A stretch of DNA of 61,917 nt, the filler included, from Choristocarpus tenellus KU-1152 (lineage: Eukaryota > Protista > Phaeophyceae): the NCBI GenBank assembly GCA_964200185.2. It is 7 parts of 7 records of this genome, joined end to end, with 100 filler letters (N's around TTAATTAATTAA, not from the genome) between each part and the next. Parts side by side here need not be neighbours in the genome. Positions count along the whole stretch, not along the records: positions 46,765 to 53,112 come from CAXNAD020008335.1; positions 53,213 to 58,253 come from CAXNAD020012073.1; positions 58,354 to 61,917 come from CAXNAD020019238.1; 4 more parts are not named here. One strand, 5' to 3'. Below the pieces are notes generated by a model, which saw nothing but the letters and a program-made list of their open reading frames with translations, did not search any database and was not told the DNA's origin. Of this stretch, positions 51,372 to 61,917 are shown in pieces. Made by a program: the position numbers and the translations under genes. Numbering within the stretch: the stretch's first letter is position 1; every line of letters starts with the position of its first letter.

Positions 51372-54300
51372 GTGTGTGAACTGTTTGTGATTGGTCAGTG
51401 GATTGCTGTTGATCTAGTTTTTATTTATGTCGGGGGTGAGAGTTGGGATTATTCTGTTTATTTTTACGGTGTACTTTTTTATTTTGGTTTTCAACAAAAA
51501 AACTATATGATAACTCTTGATTTTTTGTTGAAGTGATGGTTTTTTGAATTGACCTAACTTTTGGTTAGAGTGAAAGTACTTGCTTTTGTAAGTGTGGATA
51601 CAAGGACGTGCTGGGATTTTTTTTGTCTTGCACAATCTAAAATGTGTTAGGGTTGGGGAATGGAATATTTATGAGTGCTATTTATAGTATGGTATGGTAC
51701 ATTATTGTTTGAAATCGTCTATGTAACACATTTATGTGGACGATCAGTGGATGAGACTTTACTTTTTGTAGGAAGATATCTGTGAAATATTTGTATTTAT
51801 CTCCATTGGGATAATGGTTCAATGTGTAATATTGATTTCCTGGAGTTGTTATTATCAGAAGGCTGTTTCTTGTAATCATTGATTTTTTCATTTTTTTCAT
51901 TGTGGAGCCTCGAGATTTTTTTTTTTAATGATGGGATAGGATGGGATTTTGAAATGGTCCGTTACAAACTGCAGTTATCTTCGATGTTTTTTTTCCCCCA
52001 AAGCCTTCATTGAATCGGGCCAATTACGGTACTACTTTCTGGAAAGTCAGGTTCAGTGCCATCAACTGATTCCAAGTTGTGTTGTGTGAGTTTCCAGTAT
52101 TTTTAAGAGATTAAGTAAGAGATACGGACCAGGATAGTTCAGGTATATCTGTGATAGTCGTGGTCCTGTCAGAGAACCAACCCTGTTCCCAGTACTTGGA
52201 CAAGTCCAGTCCAGTCCAGTCCATGACTATCCAGTGGGATTCGATCCCAGATCCCCTGGTTTTTGTCAATTTTTTAATTTTTTTGCCGGGAACTGTTTCG
52301 CCGGAGTAGACTGTCAATTTGTAGGGTTAGGGTTGGGGTTGCCAGGCCTCTAATTTTGTGAAGTGTATTAGATACTCCTGGTCCACCTGAGTTAGACGGT
52401 AGAGATGTGTTTGGTAGATTGTAATCATTTACCCTAATGGAACAGTTGCATGTCAATGTTTGGTTTCTGCCTGCCATCTGGTCCATAGGCCGGCCTGGTT
52501 CCTGTTGTTTTGTCATGATAGGTTCGGTCCAGTACTGGGAACTACTTCTGTGGTCTGGTCTGGGGTCCAAACCAATTCCCAGTGTTTCTGCATTGTGGTT
52601 GGTAGACCAGGCTGTGGTTCTGGACCTTGTTAGGTTGTGGATGATATGCCACCCGACCCAATGGACTGTTTTTTTTTATTTATTCTGTGTATTAGGGTTA
52701 GGGTTAGGTTGTGGTAATGTGTAAGATATTGAGGTACCTACAGTGGTGATCCTCTTTTTTTTAATGTGTAAGATATTACACCAGTGTTGTCCCCTCCCTC
52801 CTCCCCCGTTTGTACCAATCACTTAGGGGCATACTCTTTTTTGTCAATCCCTTGATTGTCTTCCTGGTATTATTATTGTATCACGAACATTGTGTGTTTA
52901 TTGTTTGATTTAGAAATAATAATAAGGGTTAGGGTTAAGACAGTGTAATGATATGCTTATAACATCATCGGTATATGTATATATTATATATTATATTATA
53001 TATGTATATATACCGGTGTATCAGGAGAACCTTTACCGTTCATACTGACCCACTTTAGTTTACCCCCCCCACTCCCCCCCCCCCCCCCCCCCCCCTCGTC
53101 TTCTTTTCTTCTNNNNNNNNNNNNNNNNNNNNNNNNNNNNNNNNNNNNNNNNNNNNTTAATTAATTAANNNNNNNNNNNNNNNNNNNNNNNNNNNNNNNN
53201 NNNNNNNNNNNNTTGTGACCCCCCCCCCCCCCCCCCCCAGATACTTTGGGTCTGGAACTGTTTGCCACCAAGGACTGCTCATCATGATATCCCAACCAGG
53301 TGAGAAGGGTACCAGTTGCTTCAAAGTAGAAGTACTGGAAGGCGAAGGCAATCAACCGTATTCCATGAAGAAAAATGTAGATCAGCAACAACACATGCAA
53401 CAAGTCATCGACTCTGCAGCCTTGCTCATAGCAAATAGATCAAACAAACAGAAAATCCATGCATATTTGTCCTTGGGCCTTCCTCCTACATGTCAATGAC
53501 CAAGCAAGATCAACGAGCAAAGTATGACAAGCTCGTTTTGGGATATCGCTATTGAATATTAATAATTTGTAGCTGCATTGTCAGGTAGATGAACGGAGAG
53601 TGTGCATTGTTCTAGTATTTTCATTTGAGGTCTGTAACACAACAAAAGTGTATTCTACATTGTAATATAGCTCTCAGATAAAATGCATTTTGCCCTTCGA
53701 TATACTACGCTGCTCCACTCATGTATGCTGAGAGCTCCTCCTCTAGTACCTTGTGCCCCCCACCGCCTTTTATTTCGTTTTACTATAGTAGTTGCACACT
53801 GTGAGAATGCCATACATAGTAATTGAGGAAATTGTGGATCAGTCTCAAATTCAAACTTCTAAAAATTTACGTGCGTACTAATTGTATCATAATAAAAGAT
53901 GAAAACCATGGAGACATATTAGATAACATTCTCTCAAGTAGATATTTGAAGGTATAGAATGTGATGCAGTTGGTGCCACCTCAACAAGTATTCTCTTTTT
54001 ATAGCGTATCATATATCAACTATACAGCACACATGGGCTGTAGTGATTTCGTAGGGGCGATCAGGGGTGCTGTCTCCCAGCTTTTGGTGATATATCCCTG
54101 AACAGACTAGGATGTAATACATTCTTTCATTGAAAGCACTCTCCAGGACCATTCCACGAAATGTCCTCCTGTTTTGATGTTGGGAGTCAAAAATGAATTT
54201 TACGCTCTCTCGTCTCCATTCGTCGCAAGAGATGGTATGCCCTTCATGCAATGGATCAAGTGTAATGGAACATGTGTCTTATATTATTTCGCCATTTATA

Positions 54301-54996
54301 GAATACTCAGGTGAGGCCAACAGTCAGTTTGGTGTCTAGGGTGACACGAGCCAAGTAAACAACACACCATATACTGTTCGACCCACAGTCTATGTAGATA
54401 CAAGACCACCAGTCAGAGTTGACAAGAATATTACACAGGGCGCTGCTTTTGTCTCCATCATCACTATGTTTATCCAGTACCTACACCTTCCAAACTTGGG
54501 CACCAAAGTCACCCCCACAAGAGCGCAGCACAACAGTGTCATCAAATACATCCCCAGAAAGGTGGCCGTACTGGTTCACTAAAACTGAGGCCGTTCTAAC
54601 AATCAGTTTTTGTTGGCACGACATTTAGCAACTCTAATATGTTGCCGGAAAAGCTCCAGCAAGGAAAGATTTCAGCACAACACGAACTGAGCAAACCAAA
54701 TTGTCCCTCATTCAAATAGCATGTCCTATGGTGCAACACAACCTCACACACACACAAAAAGGCTCTATTTTCACTCCCCACTTCCCACCGAAGTTTGCTG
54801 AGCTTTTCCTGACAATCCCCGACTGATAATTTCATCCCGTTGAAGGGAGTTCATAACCCAGTGATACATACACCAGTCGCACAGGAATCTTGTCGACTCA
54901 GACTGAGCTCTCCTCATACCCATCATAATAAGACCAGACGTCTGAGGGCATTCACACCAAACTTCAACATGCTACATGAGGCTAACTACTTCCTAC

Positions 54997-57368
54997 CGAG
55001 CTCATTGCCTTCGAGGTGGAGGTTTTTAAGTCTGGTAAGCTCACCCAACTCCTTTGGGATCATGCCTGTTATGTGCATGTTCAGGGGATAGGGATTGCGT
55101 CAAGAAATTGTGGAAACATTGCCCCAAGTTATATGAGTTTGAACATGCAACAACTCGGTTTGTTCCCAATCCTACATGCCTAAGCGATGAAGGTTGATAA
55201 AAAGTTGAGATTGGAGCCAAGATTAAGTCAGTAGGGGATATTGCAGGACAAATTAATCTATTTGGTTTATAGGCATAAAGGATGATTCCATTGGTGCAGA
55301 AACGAAAGAAAAAAAATAATTGTGAGAAGCGAGTATGCCACCCTAAAATAAACTCAAGGTATGATGAGGGTATTGCACTTCTATAGATCCTGGGATGAAA
55401 AAATATAAGGTAGAAATACCTATGATAGCTCTCGTCTATACTAAAGGCACTCCTTTAATCCTCAGTATAGTTTCATATGTTGCATTTTTGTATCATATCC
55501 TCCATCCATACTCTAGATGTACCATTTTGTATCATTCTAATTTTTTTTCAGTATTAACATGACGTGTGCTTTAAACATAGAAGGAAATATTCTTGTAGGT
55601 CAACTCACCGCTCAGCTGGTTGTGTTCCAGGTGGAGTTCTTGGAGGACAGCAAGTTCACCGAGCTCCTTCGGAATCGTACCTGTGTAACAGTGAAGGATT
55701 CCCAACAATGTGGCAAAGAAAAAGATGTTTTCAACTTGTTACTATGTAGTACTGCTAACTCAGCAACGATGGGTTGAGAAGTAAGGTCTGCCTCCCAAAC
55801 TTGTGCTTCTTTCTCTACAACAGTAGTTCACAAACCTGATATTGTCTACTCTTTGTTTCCTCAAGTTGTTGTGGCACCAAAAACGGCACTCACCTCAACA
55901 AAAATTGCTGACCCTATCACAATGATCAATCAGGCAATACGCCTTCACAGATTATTGTAATACTGCTCCATGTATTTTCTGCTCTCAATAGATCCCAAAT
56001 TGCCAAATTAGAAAAGAGCACAAGAATGTGTAGATATTATGCTAACTACCGCTAAGCCGTAGCAACAGAATAAAGAAGACTGTTATGGATGTGAGAGTGA
56101 GATACGGCAAAGTCCATCGGTGAAAATGTCGATAATACTTCCAGAGCATCTTCTACCCCTCAAGCCTTGCGCCATATCGTATTGATGCCATTCAAAAGGT
56201 CTAAATAACTGACTCACCTCCCAGTTGATTGCATCCCAGATGAAGTTCCTTGAGGTTGCTCAGGTTCCCCAATTCTCTGGGAATAGGACCTGGACGGAAA
56301 AGAAAAAATCAAACTAAGATGATGGTAGGACCAGCAGTCACAACCATAAATGCTGGAGAGGGGCTTGTATCAATGCCATTGGAGGACTTCGTTGCACACT
56401 ACATAAAACATTAAATGACCAGCCTTCAGGTGTGTTCCACATGAGAAAACCTATTTGGTGTTCATGAAGAGCCAATAGGTGACAAGGAGCTACTTGTGAT
56501 TAGTTAGAAAGAGAAATTCATCATGTCATCCTAATCGCACTCTCAAGTCATGCGTTAAAAAAACATCATTGACTGAATAAGGTTTTTTGTTCATTGTATA
56601 CTTACAGGCAAAACTAGACCACTGAGATAACCTCAGACCTAAAGTATCTGAGGGGGTTGGGGGGTCTACACCAGGGTGTCCATTTGAGCTAAAACCAGGA
56701 AAAGTGCACTTACATTATCCACCCGACGTATGCAACCAAATCACCCAAAAATTGCGACATGGAAAAAATGGACCCCAAATGGACACCCGTCACCCCCCCC
56801 AGATACTTTGAACCTCACAGATTAAGTATGTTATGCTTAAAAGACAAAGCAGTGAGAGCTATACCAGGGTGTACAAGAACATCGGACAAGTACCCAGATA
56901 TTGGTGGTTTTCTGAAAACACAAGTATAACTGCACTGTAGGAGAGAAAAATAAACTTGAAAGCAGAAGTTCATAGGACTGCCAATGACAACACCTTTTAG
57001 CACCAACAAATAGGACTGGTGCACCTTAATGCAAGCAGCCACGTGACCCTAAATATGGCCTTTCTTTTCCACCATTGAAGGCACATCCAGTCTATAGACC
57101 AGTGGGCATACCATGTGCATTGTTCGCTACACAGTGTTCAAAGACTAAAAAACCATACAACCCCTTGATACCAACCCTCGAGAACTATCCAGTCCATTGC
57201 TTATTACCTGTCCTGCTGAACCTCCAAGTTGACATGGTGCCGAAAGGTGAAAAGAAATGATAAGCAAATAGTAACACTTGGCAAAAGCTGACTCACCACT
57301 CAGTTGGTTCTCCCCCAGATCGATGAACACCAGTTTACACAGATCACCCAGCTTGTTGGGAATAGGGC
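54997..57368 (-). CDS. Leucine-rich repeat protein with one 24-aa LRR per exon (partial gene)
   Basis: Phase-1 exons with intact AG/GT: 57297-57368 GPIPNKLGDLCKLVFIDLGENQLS; 56218-56289 GPIPRELGNLSNLKELHLGCNQLG; 55609-55680 GTIPKELGELAVLQELHLEHNQLS; 54997-55065 (69 nt) GMIPKELGELTRLKNLHLEGNEL. Confidence 0.9.
56636..56814 (+). mobile_element. MITE family B copy inside the LRR gene
   Basis: Both TIRs present; flanked by a TCA/TCA duplication. Confidence 0.92.
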
Positions 57369-57619
57369 CTATTCATGGTTCAACATAAATTGCCATACTT
57401 GGCTGGTTAATACACTAAATAAACAACAGAATGAGTGCTGCTAATGACACAGCTTGATGGCTTGTGGCACAAGATGTACCAGGGCCTCTCTCTCTCTTAT
57501 ATCACATTTCTCCTACACCAACAACAGTCGTAGGTACTAATGCCACCACTACATACATGTTTACAATCAGGGTTTAGTACCCCCACAATATCGCAGGAAA
57601 CTACATGCAACATACTTAC

Positions 57620-57691
57620 CAGCCAGAAGATTATTTCACAGGAGGAGTGTTTCAAGGTTGGTAAGTCCCCCAACCTCCTTGGTAATGACAT
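57620..57691 (-). pseudogene. Disabled 72-nt LRR exon
   Basis: DVITKEVGGLTNLETLLL*NNLLA; acceptor CGG instead of CAG, in-frame TGA, donor GTAAGT intact. Confidence 0.8.
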
Positions 57692-57886
57692 CCGTGTGGG
57701 AAACACAGGTGTCGATTCCAGATCATTTCAGATAAACGAATGCATCACCCGATCAGTGTTTAGATACGAACAAGTTCCTTCAAACAATCTAGGACCAACT
57801 CAACTCTACTTCACCCACTACTCTATCCTGAAGGAACATGAGGAAGCCATGAGACTACACCAAGGTTACTACAAAAAGTGGCTCAT

Positions 57887-57958
57887 CGGTCAACTGATTG
57901 CATTGCAAGTGGAGTTCCTCAAGAGCAGTGAGTTCACCCAACTTCTCAGGAACACTCC
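57887..57958 (-). pseudogene. Silent 72-nt LRR exon (open frame, both splice sites non-canonical)
   Basis: GSVPEKLGELTALEELHLQCNQLT; acceptor CGG, donor ATGAGC instead of GTGAGC. Confidence 0.82.
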
Positions 57959-58093
57959 CCGAGTAAAATTGTACACCAAAAATCAAAATGGTCAAAAAGA
58001 TTGAAACAACTACCAAACACCATGGTGCTGAGAATGGGATATTGAGCCAAGTCTGAGCAGGACAGGGATTAAACTTCACGTTTTGTATTGTGT

Positions 58094-58137
58094 TGTCTCA
58101 AGGTTGATTAGTCCACAAATTTCCTTGGGGATGACAC
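58094..58137 (-). pseudogene. Truncated LRR exon
   Basis: tag|GVIPKEICGLINLET, after which LRR similarity is lost; a MITE lies 2 nt upstream of the acceptor. Confidence 0.7.
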
Positions 58138-58141
58138 CTAT

Positions 58142-58253
58142 GAGTGAAAGTATCTTAGAGGGTACGAGTTTTGCCCTGTTTGTCCATTTGGGGCTTGGCT
58201 TTCCATGGAGTACTTATATGACATTTTACCTACTCCAAAACGTTTTGGAGTAG
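58142..58253 (-). mobile_element. MITE family A copy 7 (cut by contig end)
   Basis: GAGTGAAAGTATCTTAGAGGGTACGAGTTTTGCCCTGTTTGTCCATTTGGGG matches 29015 onward. Confidence 0.88.
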
Positions 58254-60110
58254 NNNNNNNNNNNNNNNNNNNNNNNNNNNNNNNNNNNNNNNNNNNNTTA
58301 ATTAATTAANNNNNNNNNNNNNNNNNNNNNNNNNNNNNNNNNNNNNNNNNNNNAAAATAAAAACAATCACACCTCCCTACCCCCACCACCCCCCCCCCCC
58401 CCCCCCCCCCCCCCCCAGAAAGTGAAAGGAAATATATATATATATATATATATTTATACATTTTGATAACTCCACCAGGAGGTCGTCTTTGTACCTTATA
58501 CAGTGCGGACACCAGAACACATGACATGAAAACACATGACATGAAACCACCTTCAAGCAACATATCAAAGGAGACGATGGCTCTAATGTTAGCAAGAAGA
58601 CGCCCGTCCGGTACAAAGTTCGTCACACACGAACCTCGACCCCTCTCAAAATGAGGCCAGATTCACCATAGGTCGGAATACAGGATGGCCAAACAGACTT
58701 CAGTCCCCAAGGTGATACTGCAATAAACTAAAAAGGCTCTCAGTATCGCATACTCCCAACACTAGATTAGCCATTGATCATCACAACTGGACACAAGCGG
58801 AAGGGTTCCTCCTACATCTCATGAGTGTGTGGATATATGTATAGGACAGGACCACGACATACTTCACAGCAAAAAACAAAAAAAACGATGCCAACATGCC
58901 CCACTTCGCTTGAAACAGCTCGACCGATGCCCTGCCAAGAAACAAATCTTTGATTGTGCAAGATTTGCAGGAGATGATCTCACAGAGTGGTATTTTGTAC
59001 CCACCCCCCTCCCCCTCGTACACCCTCCAATCAACAGGAATGATATTTAAAGTGATTTGGAATTCCAACGCGCATTTTAAATTTCGCCACCGAATCGGAG
59101 AGTCAGATACTACAAAAAAAAAGGAGAGCCATATGCATAGGCCCAGACTTAAAAATAGGAAAAAAAAAAATCAGATCATGAAAAAGTACTACTTGGATCA
59201 TTGCAACTACAACAGACTGTAAGGGTAAAAATGGATCGGAACTGATTCAGCCTTCTCATTGGTCGAATGCACTGTAACTTCCTCCAGCTGTAACAGAACT
59301 GTCCAAAAGTATTCTTGCCGTTTTTGTGAAAATCAATACATACAGTCAAGCAACACAAAAGCTGAAAAAATCAGAACCAAACTCAAACCCTTTCGATTTC
59401 TCACATAGATGTAATGACAAGATATAGAATGGTCGGATCTTTCTTTCCTATGAAGACTTGGATTAAGCACTAGACTAACCCTAACCCTAACAAAAACGCC
59501 TTGTCATCCTAAAAAAACCCATCCTAGTACCACCATATCAGAATAAAACAGAGCAGTTACCCCAGCGATACCACACAGAAGATTAGAATGAAAATAATAA
59601 GAATAATAAAAACACGCACAATGGTGGGAGGAAGGGGGGGGGGAGGGGAATACAAAGTACTTCAACCAACGCCAACATACAGACAGTCAAGAGTCACCCA
59701 AAGACTACTGCATGGGAGAAGCAACTTTCCCACACAACCACAACATTGGAAGAGCACAAATCAAGCACAAACATCTCTTGCAGCAGCTTCAAGAGAAGGT
59801 ACCCGGGGTGGTTCGAGCCATCAACCCAAAGATAAGAGAACAGATACTTCACAAGCGCACAATAAAACAACGGGGCAGCTTCTTCAACCAAGGAAGAAGT
59901 AGGAACAGTTTTGAACAAGAAAATACCCTGAACAATACAATCATACACACACACACACACATACACAAAACCCCCAATGACTACACAATGTCCTCCGGGT
60001 GAGTCAAGGGAACAGAAAAGAAAAGAAAAACATACAACTACGAGTACTGCCTCCATCGTTGCCCACCATAAAAAAAAACCACACATAAACAAAAATGTGA
60101 AAAAACACAC

Positions 60111-61475
60111 CTGAACAGTGTTTCTGCTGTAAAATACTATCACAAAGGTCACTCCGGACCGACTGATCACGGGAACGCCAAAGGTTGTCCTAATACCCAT
60201 CTCCATAGCCCCACCACACCGAAGGAAGAGACTTTGTCCCAGTTTTCCAACATCCTCCTGGCATTTCACAGATTAAAAAAAAATACAACGAGTGAACAAC
60301 AATACAAAAAAAAGGGGGGGTGGGGGGGGGGATGTTATATTTTATTATTTATTTATTTTCAGATCTGAAGNNNNNNNNNNTCCAAATATACAAAATTACC
60401 ATCTAAAATAAAAAAAAAAAAAAAAAAAAAAAAATGAAAAAAAAAAAAGAGAAGGGGGGGGGGGGGGGGGGGGGGGTATGTTATATTTTATTATTTATTT
60501 ATTTTCAGATCTGAAGTGTCTTGTTGTCAGGTCCACAAGAGCCGGCACCATGACAACCGGGGACCCGGGAAGGTACAATAACAAGCACTTGACTTAGCAA
60601 GCCTCAAGTGGAGAGCAACGCAGCCATGAAGTATGAACTCAACGTCCCATAATCCGGTTCGTACAAAACACTGAAGACTTGGAAGTTCAATTCTCACCGC
60701 CAGAAGACCTACTGATTCGGGTCATAATAGTAGCAGTGGACAAACGCTACTGATTTTTGAATGAGAGGAGGGGGGGGGGGGGGGGGGGGGGCAATAAAAA
60801 ACCAAAGAAAGAGGGGGGGGGGGGGGGGGGGGGGGGGAGGTGGGGGGGGGGGGGTGGCCGAATAAAAAAAANNNNNNNNNNATTTTATTGGATGAGAGGA
60901 ATGGCAAGATGCATGAAGTTTGTTGGGGGGGGGGGGGGGGGGGGGGGGGGGCGGGGTCCATAAGACACCAATGACCCCAAAAACAACAAAAATAAAATAC
61001 AGGATATACATGGCCAAAAAAATAACAACAGAAGATGGGGAAGATTTTTTTTCAACACCAGTCGATAGTACAAATATAAATATAAATATAAATATAAATA
61101 GTACAAATCGACTCATTTAGTCCCACTATCTATGGTCATTAGCCTCGCCACGGTACCCCCCAAGTGTTCCCATATTCCCTCAGTCAAGTGTATAGCAACT
61201 GCAATGCATGCCAACACACCACATTCCAAATCACATTCCTGGTCAGGGATTTCACAACACCCCACACACACACAATGAAGAAAAAAATATCAGAGGGAAC
61301 AAAAAAATATAACTAAATACACACACCGTCTGTAGAAGTTACCAAAGAGGAACAGCAACGAGAAAATAAGAAAAAATAAGAAAGACCCACGATCGCCCGG
61401 GAGCAGCTACGAACAACAAGGGACTGCCCGGGAGCAACTAGAAACAACAAGGGATAGGATCAGGATAAAGGGTGT

Positions 61476-61506
<31 letters not shown>

Positions 61507-61686
61507 TGCATGCGTATGCCAATGCTCAGAGTAGGAGATGCAGGAGGAGGGGGAATGGGTGTGGTGGTTCTCTGTTTGCACCTGCCATTCACTCTGGTTC
61601 CCCTCGTAGACCCTTCCTGGCAAGCCCTCTCCCTGTTGAAAGGAGAAGCTGGTCGAGTATTTGCCCCAGTCCTCTAAGTCTTTCAC
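60111..61686 (-). CDS. GAF-domain protein (NIN/NLP-type GAF region), internal exons
   Basis: Exons 61582-61686 (WGKYSTSFSFQQGEGLPGRVYEGNQSEWQ) and 60111-60257 (EDV...LFLRCGGAMEMGIRTTFGVPV...VIVFYSR) join in phase 0; GxGLPGRV...W...FLR...A...GI...GVP is the NLP-type GAF signature. Confidence 0.8.
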
Positions 61687-61917
61687 CTGCAGAAGTTGTG
61701 CGGGTGGGGGGTGCAAGAGAGAGAGAGAGAGGTGAGGTGTCTAACAAATTGCATGAAAGGCATGGTAGGTAGATAGGCCAACGCCAAGGCGAATTGGATT
61801 CCATTCAGGGGTGCAGTGGCAGGGGGGGGGGGGGGGGGAATCGCCACAAGGGAAGAGAGGGGAGGGGGGGGGGGGGGGGAAAGGGGGTAGATCGCGGGGG
61901 CGGCGGTAACATTAAAA

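Noticed and set aside
60310-60520. Duplicated sequence on both sides of the N gap at 60371-60380
   Set aside because: Most likely an assembly overlap artefact next to poly-G/poly-A tracts.
60709-61120. Poly-Pro/poly-Gly and hydrophobic ORFs here and at 47000-50300
   Set aside because: They arise from homopolymer and T/G-skewed intron sequence and some span N gaps.

Overview
Eukaryotic, intron-rich, transposon-littered DNA, most likely from a brown alga or close ochrophyte relative. The clues are a signal peptide+F plastid presequence, one-LRR-per-exon genes, an RLE non-LTR retroelement of a type I recall from brown algae, and scattered TTAGGG repeats. The window is not contiguous: it is 7 contigs joined by an artificial 100-nt linker (44 N + TTAATTAATTAA + 44 N), so neighbourhood across linkers is meaningless. 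The ORF track is largely uninformative because the genes are spliced. Reading GT/AG sites by hand gives: (1) a >=10-exon EF-hand x4 / ankyrin / FN3 / coiled-coil gene (-); (2) the 3' exons of an NSE4-like SMC5/6 kleisin (+); (3) the 3' end of a carbohydrate sulfotransferase (-); (4) a complete 7-exon thylakoid-lumen (Tat) protein (-); (5) five myosin motor exons (+); (6) an array of 72-nt LRR exons (-), four with intact splice sites and three disabled; (7) a NIN/NLP-type GAF domain (-). Mobile DNA includes two MITE families sharing TIR and subterminal motifs, about 7 3' fragments of an RLE non-LTR retrotransposon (several nested in a foldback repeat), a CCA-bearing tRNA-Ser 3' half, and possible Helitron and integrase remnants. 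The strongest system-level candidate is the modular LRR exon cassette with a reservoir of silent repeats. No prokaryotic operons or CRISPR arrays are present. All exon models and family assignments are by eye, with no database searches.
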